DNA of 43,778 nt, the filler included, from Catajapyx aquilonaris (lineage: Eukaryota), in assembly GCA_000934665.2 (NCBI GenBank). It is 2 parts of 2 records of this genome, joined end to end, with 100 filler letters (N's around TTAATTAATTAA, not from the genome) between each part and the next. Parts side by side here need not be neighbours in the genome. Positions count along the whole stretch, not along the records: positions 21,944 to 43,778 come from KZ539445.1; 1 more part is not named here. One strand, written 5' to 3'. The notes beneath the pieces were generated by a model. It worked only from the letters and a program-made list of their open reading frames with translations. It had not been told where the DNA came from and did no database searches. Below are positions 36,243-43,778 of this stretch, piece by piece. The stretch's first letter is position 1. Every line of letters starts with the position of its first letter. A program made the position numbers and the translations under genes.

Positions 36243-37387
36243 AAAGAAAAGTTAGTTACTCTGAAAACACCCAACCATCTCGACATCTTAAAAAATCTCC
36301 AATTTACAATAAATCACCACCATTTTCTTCCTGCTTCTGTAACACATGGGTTGGCACCGACCGTGCGATCGACAGCTCCCATCTTTGAAACAAAAAAAAC
36401 ACATCCCTTTCAAAAAAAAAAAAAGCAGCTAATTTTACAGCGTTATAATAATGGTGGTTAACGGTTCTGCTAATCATCAGTCCCCCTCAATTTATAGCCT
36501 CTTTCTCCCTCAATTTTTTTTTCTTCTTCTTGTTATTCTTCAAAGAAACATGGGCGGGCTGGCCTCGTTTTCCAGGGGAATTCTGACAGCTTGTTTCTCG
36601 GTGCCTGCTTCCTTAATGGTTATGAGAACCATTTAGAACCGAGCGTGAAGGTAGCAGGGGTAAAACTAGGGGGGGAAAGGGGTGGGTTAAACGGTTAAAC
36701 GACTGATAGCTGCAAACAAGCTACCTCTAATTTTTTTTTTACCTGGTCTTCGTCAGTTCGTGCCATGTAAAAAAAAGATGGCCATCCAGGTGGGCTCTAA
36801 TGACCCGTGTCCAGTGGTAACCAGTTGGGGTGTTTCATTAGCAGGACAAATTAACATTTGACCTTTATTTTGTCGCACAAATATTCGAGTATTCAAGTCT
36901 CTGCACGATTGGTCTTCTAGGATATCTGGGGGGCCATCACCTGCCTGGGGNCCCCCCCCCCACTAAAGTAAATCGACAGCCATCATTCACCAGGTAATAA
37001 GCTGGATCAATTAACTGGCACCGAGCGTCCCATTTTTCCGTTTCCGTTGGAGTTGCCTGGGATTGGTCAGCTTCCAGCCAATCGTAGCCAACTTTAACGG
37101 AAATTGAGGGTGGGAGGAGCTTCAGTTTATAAATAATAATTAAAAAATGTGTATTAATATGTGGATGTGTGTATGTGACGTTTGATTGATCGACATTGCT
37201 ATTTAGGAAAAGGTTAGGGCCACACCTCCCGGATGACCAAATTGCTTGGAGAGAGCCAATCAAAATGGTTGTTTTGGTCGAGACAAATGAGCCGAGAGGG
37301 GGTGTTGTCAGCGGCCATGTCTCAGTTGGGTACCAAATAATCATGTGGTAGGGAGGTCATCAGGAGTATAGGTGAAGACGCCGAGGA

Positions 37388-40300
37388 ATGACCACTGAGG
37401 GTGTGGTTGAAAAGGTCATGAGCAAACGAGTTTTGGCCTTTAGTGTGGATGCGCTTTTGGGTCATAGGAAGGTCACGAAAAGTGAGGATGAGTCTGATGG
37501 AGGGGTCAAGAAGGAGGTCACACTTGACCTTTGCTCGAGGGATCTTTGGCACAAGTTTTTTCAGTTGGGAACTGAAATGATCATCACTAAAGCAGGGAGG
37601 TAAGTTAATCATTGGGCGGTACCGGTTGTTGCGGTATGGCTTGAAATAGATTTTGCATCATCTTCTGTATGAGTGGTGTTAGGTCACCAGGTTTGAGACC
37701 ATCTGTGTCGTGAAGCTAATAATTAATGAGGATATCTGATAGATTAACTTGCACCGTGGGTAGAGTTTACAAAATTAGCCAACAATATTGCGCATTTTGT
37801 TGGTCAAAATTATTGTGTTAGTGTATATAGCGATGTTCCGTGAAAAATGGGGGTCCGACATTGCAAAGCTATGGGTCCTACTTAGGATAAGGGAATTGAT
37901 TTGACAACGTAGCACCGCAAACTTTTATTATCACTGTCCACTTTGGCTATCCCCCAATTGTCAAACGTTCAGAATTTTTTTTTGTATAAGGTTTTTGAGT
38001 TTTAAGAATTATTATAGAATAATTAGTTTAAACGAACCCATTTACACGGCACTCATCAATTGCAATTATTTCGCATCGTTTCTACTGTACCAAGGGTATA
38101 AAGAAGTTGCTTTTTTATCACTTAAGTCAGTCAATTTCACATGAATAGTGCATTGCCGTAGTGTGAATGTTTTTTATGTAAATAATAACCCATAAAAATA
38201 AATAAAAATCTATGGGAAGTCTGTCAGATTGCATACGATCCGATTTATCATTATCTTTAAAAAAAAATAACCAGTCGATGTTGCTGAACTAGTCGGCTTG
38301 TACGACCGGTACCGCCGATACACCAAAGGTCAAACATGCCCTATAATTATTAGGCATCCATTATGTAAATTCGAACTGCTAATAGCCTGCAGTAGTCTTC
38401 GCAGGTCCTGCCTCATTAACAGTTCCTTTCGGTAAGGCCGTAAAAGAAAGGAGGCAAAAGAAACTAACGTCTTAACACCTCTCAGAAAAACCGTCTCATA
38501 AATTACCAAGTTATTCTATGTTTTTGTTGTTGTTGTTGTTGTTTTTTTTGTAAAGGTGTTGACTGGTTCTAAGGGAGTTGGAGCCTTAATGACTTTTGCT
38601 TGGGTTCGTTTATTATTATATACGCACCTGGGAGGAGAAGTGGTCAAAAAAATTTGTGGGATGGACATGAGGCCATTTGCTATTAAGACAGGACACGACG
38701 GTACAGCCCACTTATTTCACGTTAAGGTGATGACTTCGTCGGAACTTGTTTGCACCTCTTGTACTTTGTTTTTTGAGTGTTTAAATGATGAATTGGGGTT
38801 TTTGTTTTTTTTTCAGGCGGATGTTTCCGACTTTGAAAGTGAGGGTTGGTGGACTGAACCCGAACCTGCATTATATCTTGTTCGTGGATGTCGTACCGCT
38901 TGATGACAAACGGTACCGGTATGTGTATCACAGGTAAGCATTTTTGACATTAGCATCAGTTTGAACAAATAGCTCAAAATAGCCAGATTTTCACTCAACA
39001 TACGGTATATTCCAACACTAGCAGGGAACCCACGGTCATTGATAAAATGCCCGAAATTTAAGAAAAAAATAAATTTTAAATTTTAAAAAATACGGTAACA
39101 AAAATAATCCCTCCGATGAGATATACCAAACTTCATTTGTTAAAAGCAAAAAATTCAACATTTTGGGTATTTAGGCTCAAAAAAGTGTAGTTTTCGAACT
39201 TTATTCTCAATCAGTGGGACGTACGAAGTCAGTTTGCAAAGTTTCAGAACTCCCAGTATAGTCTGAAAGTGGGTTAGGTCTGAGTCACAATTCCGCAGAT
39301 GAGATATACCAAGTTTCATTTTTTAAATCCTAAATTTCGGGCATTTAGACTCAAAAAAGTGCAGTTTTCGGAATTTTCCCGGAATCATCGGGACGTATGA
39401 GGTCAGTTTGCAAAGTTTCAGAACTCTCAGTAGTCTGAAAGTGGGTTAGGTCTGAGTCACAATTTCCGCAGATGAGATATACCAAGCTTCATTTTTTAAA
39501 TCCTAAATTTCGGGCAGTTAGACTCAAAAAGTGCAGTTTTCGGACTTTTCCCGGAATCATCGGGACGTAAGAAGTCAGTTAGCAAAGTTTCAGCACTTTC
39601 AGTAGTCTGAAGGTGGGTTAGGTCTGAGTCGAAATTTCCACAGATGACATACCAAGACTCATTTATTAAAATCCTAAATTTCGGGCAGTTAGACTCAAAA
39701 AGTGCAGTTTTCGGATTTTCCCCGGAATCATCGGGACGTAAGAGGCTAGTTTGCAAAGTTTCAGCACTTTCAGTAATCCGGAAGTGAGTTAGGTAGCCCG
39801 GACAAACATGACCAACAAATTTTCTGGTTTATATACCGTATGTAAGATGTCCAATCAACGAGCCTGAACCATAAACTATCTACATCATCTTCCATCTACT
39901 CCTCCCACCTTATCCTTCGCACCTAGTTTACACCACCATATTTTCTTCATCATTTATCAGGCATCTACAAGTTATTATTAGACACCCTCATAACTCTATA
40001 GGTATAGTTATTCTCAACTTAATTGACTTTTGAGCCAATTTCTTCCTGTTTCGTTTCTTTTTTTGTGTGTAAAAATTGGCATCCATCTATTCGTCGCTTT
40101 GGGGGATCAGTAAACATGTTGCAGTAAACACCACCTCTTGTTAATTACCCCCATTCAAAAAATCTGCCCCATAAGTCACCAAGAAGGCGTAAATAAGGCA
40201 ACAAAAACTGGCACATCCTTTATAATCAAAGGGACGTTTGAATAACCACATAACTCAACTCTTTTCCTCACATTTGGCCAAGAATGAATCCATCACTTGG

Positions 40301-41790
40301 AAGCACCCATTATGAGGAAAGAAAACCAAGCAACAATGCTGTAAAAATAAATTGCTAATCATCAAGGCGGTAAAAAGGGGACATTTTCTTGAGCACCTTT
40401 AAAAGAAGGGCATCAATCTTAAGAAGAAGATGTCGAGTTTTGCCAGACAGGGTTGGAAAGCCTTGAGGGTAATGTTTAGATTACTGGGGGAGAACGTCAA
40501 TTACAGGGGGACTTGATGAGATGTTATTAACTGCGTCCACCCCTCTTTTTACGGCTTCTTTTTTTAGTAAAGGTGCTAAGGAGTGATCTGTATGCGCGAA
40601 TGGGACGGTATTTGCAGTGTACACAACCGATGGAGGTCGTTGGCTGATCAAACATTGGGGATGGTAATGGGTAGTTGGGAACAAAATGGCGTTGACGCGT
40701 GGGTGGAGCGGGATGGGAAGACATAGCATTTGTTGACAACATGTTCCTCTTCAGCTCTCAGTGGATGGTGGCAGGTGCGGGTGATCCTCCGCTGTCTAAC
40801 AACACTTATGTCCATCCTGACTCACCCGCGCGAGGTCAGCTATGGATGGCTCAGGGGGTAGTGACTTTTGACCGTCTGAAGTTGACCAACAACAGAAAGC
40901 CGGTGGTTAGAGGTCAAGTGTCACTACACTCGATGCACAAGTACCTCCCCCGCATCCATATCCAGCAGACTGATGACCTGGACACTCCTCCAGAGTTGCA
41001 GATGGATGTGACCAGGTCACACTCCTTCAGCTTCCCTGAAACAGTCTTTACCACAGTCACGGCCTACCAGAACCAGCAGATCACCAGGCTTAAAATAGCC
41101 AGCAACCCTTTCGCCAAAGGGTTCAGGGAAGCCTCCAGAACCAGGTGTGTCAATTGTTGTACATTGTTGTAACTACGAATCGATGAAGTCATAAACGTCA
41201 TGTTGACGGGCATAAAGAGTCTCCCTTAATTCCTCCGAGGTTCAGACACCTTTCATCACGACAGTACCGACCATACCTCCCCCATTTCCAGACATGATTA
41301 TCCCATTAACCCTCCCCTCTTTATCCCCGCCCCCCCCCCCCTCTACTGTATTATGGGTTGAAATGGGCCGTGGGAATGACTCTATGTCCAACACACTGGA
41401 ACCGATGCGATGTGTAATTAGGACCCATTTCAAACTCCGGTCTTTAGATGGGGCAACAATTAATTTGTCACGCAACTGCACCTTTCGTTACTTATACACC
41501 GTATGTCCTATAGGGAGGTCAACAATGAAGAGTCCAGATGCAACTCGTCGATTATGTCGCCTATGTCACCTGTAGCACCATTGCCTCTACTGGGATGGCC
41601 CTGGGGTATGCCCCTACCGCCTGCCCCGGGGCCGCCCTCCCCATGGTCTGGTTTCTGGACAACAGAGCAGCAGTCACAGCAGCCCTGTTGCTGGACACTT
41701 CCGTTTCCCAAAGGTATGTGCCGTCCCAAGGAGAAACACCGTAACTTCAAAATTAGTAAGGGTGACAGTCGCGTGAATGCCCTGCACTAA
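37388..41790 (+). CDS. TBX15: T-box transcription factor of the Tbx15/18/22 class, 4 exons (37388-37599, 38817-38933, 40755-41144, 41514-41790), ~331 aa
   Basis: eh1 motif [96 protein letters not shown] and [15 protein letters not shown] are Tbx15/18/22-type residues rather than Tbx20-type. Confidence 0.88.
39018..39847 (-). mobile_element. Non-autonomous Helitron-like element carrying ~4 tandem ~172-183-bp repeats, in T-box intron 2
   Basis: Minus strand A|TCTTACATACGGTATATAAA ... CCGTGGGTTCCCTGCTAG|T. Repeat units start near 39115, 39298, 39471 and 39642. Confidence 0.7.
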
Positions 41791-42126
41791 TCCCTTTTGG
41801 CCTAGTGCAGGGCATGCACGCGACTCTCACCCTTACTAGTTATGAAGTTAGGGTCGGAAGGCAGAGGACCGGTCTTACGGTGTACTATTTCCAGAACGAC
41901 ACTCCTGGTTGCCTTCAGTCATACCACCGTCCAATGGAAGAGACTCCATCGTTCTGGATCTCCGAAAGTCGTCTTGAGCACCACGCATTGTCACATTTTA
42001 CTTCTAAATCACCGCTTCTTTCACCCACCAATCATATTGTCATCCACCATATTTTTATGCTTAATAATAAAGCACGTTTTATCCCGCACAATTTACTAAC
42101 ATGTCCAACAGTAACAATACCAGCAG

Positions 42127-43424
42127 TTATTTCCATCCTTCGCAGTAGTAGATGCTCTTGCCGGTACATACGGTGAACTTGGGTATGGCTCCTCTATGGT
42201 TGTTGTCAGCGGACAGAACGCAGGACTGCATACCTCGAAGGCACCCTAGTGTCTGAAACACACAGTAAGGTAAACACGGACAGCATGAGCAGGGAGCATA
42301 TACTACATAACAGGCGAAAACTTCTGTCGGCGCCTTTGATGTTCGCGTCTCTCTGTTTGGGGCCGTTGCCAAGGCTGGCGGCCATCTTGAAGTGTGGGGG
42401 ACGCCAACGAGGTATAAATAGAGTACAGGCAAAAATAGGGTCCGCCATCTTTGATGGTTTTGGCGGCCATCACGGCAAGAACACGCGCGAATCAAAGATG
42501 GCGGACTCTATTTTTGCCTCTACCCTATTTATACCTCGTTGGCGTTCCCCACACTTCAAGATGGCCGCCAGCCTTGGCAACGCCCCAAACAGAGAGACGC
42601 GAAAATGGAATGTTTGCGCCTCTTATGAATGCTCCCTGGTATGAGTGTCAACGCAGTACCATACCGTGAATGTCTTTCGGTCGATGATCCTCAGCAGGTT
42701 TCCTTCTGAACCACCCGCCATGATGCAATCCTTTCCTAGCCACTGGCAGCAATACAACTGTATAGAGAAACGGTACAGTCAGCATCGTTACCAACGTTAA
42801 GAGTCAAATCCGTACCAGCGAGCTGTATATCTCAGGTTTCACATCATACAACAGCTGTCCACTACCGTAGTCCCAAATTTCCAACGCGTTGTTCTTTCGG
42901 TACGAAGCGCTCAAGATCTGCAATGCAAGTACTGTACAGTCTGGAGCTGGACATGTCCCATTTGACTCACTTCGCGTCCGGAGAAGTCGATGTCCAGTCC
43001 TTCCCCGCAGACGTGTGGTCCGAATATCTTCCGGACAGCGTGACGCACCCGGAGGTCCCAGTACTGGACGGTGTTGTCCCAACCTCCGGACAACATCTGG
43101 CTGTTCCCGCTCGGGTGGAAGCACAGGCAGAACACACGGGATTGGTGTCCGTCCATCTGGTCCGGTGTCCCACTGAAGATGGTAAAATTGGACAGTCAGA
43201 TTATGAGGGACAACTCAGCTTCTAAGGACCAAACCTTGGTTGGAGACGAGAGACCTCCTGCAGAGTGTCAGGGTTGTACACGTTGAGTATCCCGTCGTCT
43301 CCACCGGTAACGAAGACATCTCCGTTCGGACTGAACGCCGAAGTGAAAGTCTGTCTGTTCTCCCTGAGGGACATCAGGCACTGACCAGTGGCCGGGTGCC
43401 AGCTCTTGATGAACCCACTGGCAT
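42127..43424 (-). CDS. WD40-repeat protein, 3' exons (43424-43235, 43172-42971, 42917-42816, 42757-42665, 42252-42127); 5' part beyond the window
   Basis: AFSPNGDVFVTGGDDGILNVYN; GHQSRVFCLCFHP...LSGGWDNTVQYWD; LEIWD. GT-AG junctions are in phase. Confidence 0.85.
42290..42638. mobile_element. MITE family A, copy 6, in the last WD40 intron
   Basis: GCATGAG|CAGGGAGCATA...ATGCTCCCTG|GTATGAG (6/7 TSD match). Confidence 0.9.
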
Positions 43425-43460
43425 CTGAAACATAATCAGCATCCCGTCACGTCGCGTGAC

Positions 43461-43778
43461 CAGGGAGCATACATAAGAGGCGCAAACATTCGATTTCCGC
43501 GTCTCTCTGTTTTGGGCGTTGCCAAGGCTGGCAGCCATCTTGAAGTGTGGGGAACGCCAACGAGGTATAAATAGGGTACAGGCAAAAATAGGGTACCCAT
43601 CTTTGATTCGCGCGTTTGTCGTGTAGTTGCCATGGCCGCCAAAACCATCAAAGATGGCGGATCCTATTTTTGCCTGTACCCTATTCATATCTCGTTGGCG
43701 TTCCCCACACTTCAAGATGGCCGCCAGCCTTGGCAATGCTCCAAACAGAGAGACACGGAAATCGAATGTTTGCGCCTC
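43461..43778. mobile_element. MITE family A, copy 7 (runs off the window end), intronic
   Basis: Starts CAGGGAGCATACATAAGAGGCGCAAAC. Confidence 0.9.

Noticed and set aside
37388..41790. H15/midline (Tbx20) assignment
   Set aside because: It lacks the Tbx20 residues YAYHRSSWLVAG and FTAVTAYQNQLITKL.

Overview
Eukaryotic genomic DNA from an invertebrate, probably a non-insect arthropod (inferred from gene content, not proven). Genes are compact, many introns are 54-60 nt, and small non-autonomous transposons are dense. Gene models were built by hand from GT-AG junctions and motif recognition; no database searches were run. In order: a 3-exon secreted IL-17-like cytokine (-); a 7-exon, ~1234-aa secreted mosaic protein (CCxG[FY]/EGF, furin site, His/Glu and Ser/Glu repeats, two C-type lectin domains) (-); three small Nimrod-like CCxGY/EGF paralogs (-); TFB1M with COA3/CCDC56 ending only 16 nt upstream (probably bicistronic) (-); an orphan first coding exon of FBXO25/32 (+); an artificial scaffold spacer; 14-3-3 epsilon (-); a Tbx15/18/22-class T-box gene (+); and the 3' part of a WD40 gene (-). 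A palindromic MITE with CAGGGAGCATA termini and 7-bp target duplications occurs 7 times. One copy is a 1.8-kb nested element with mirror-image Helitrons at the same base of both TIRs. The best candidates for novelty are the IL-17/Nimrod-like/lectin cluster with its acidic mosaic protein, and this mirror-symmetric composite transposon.
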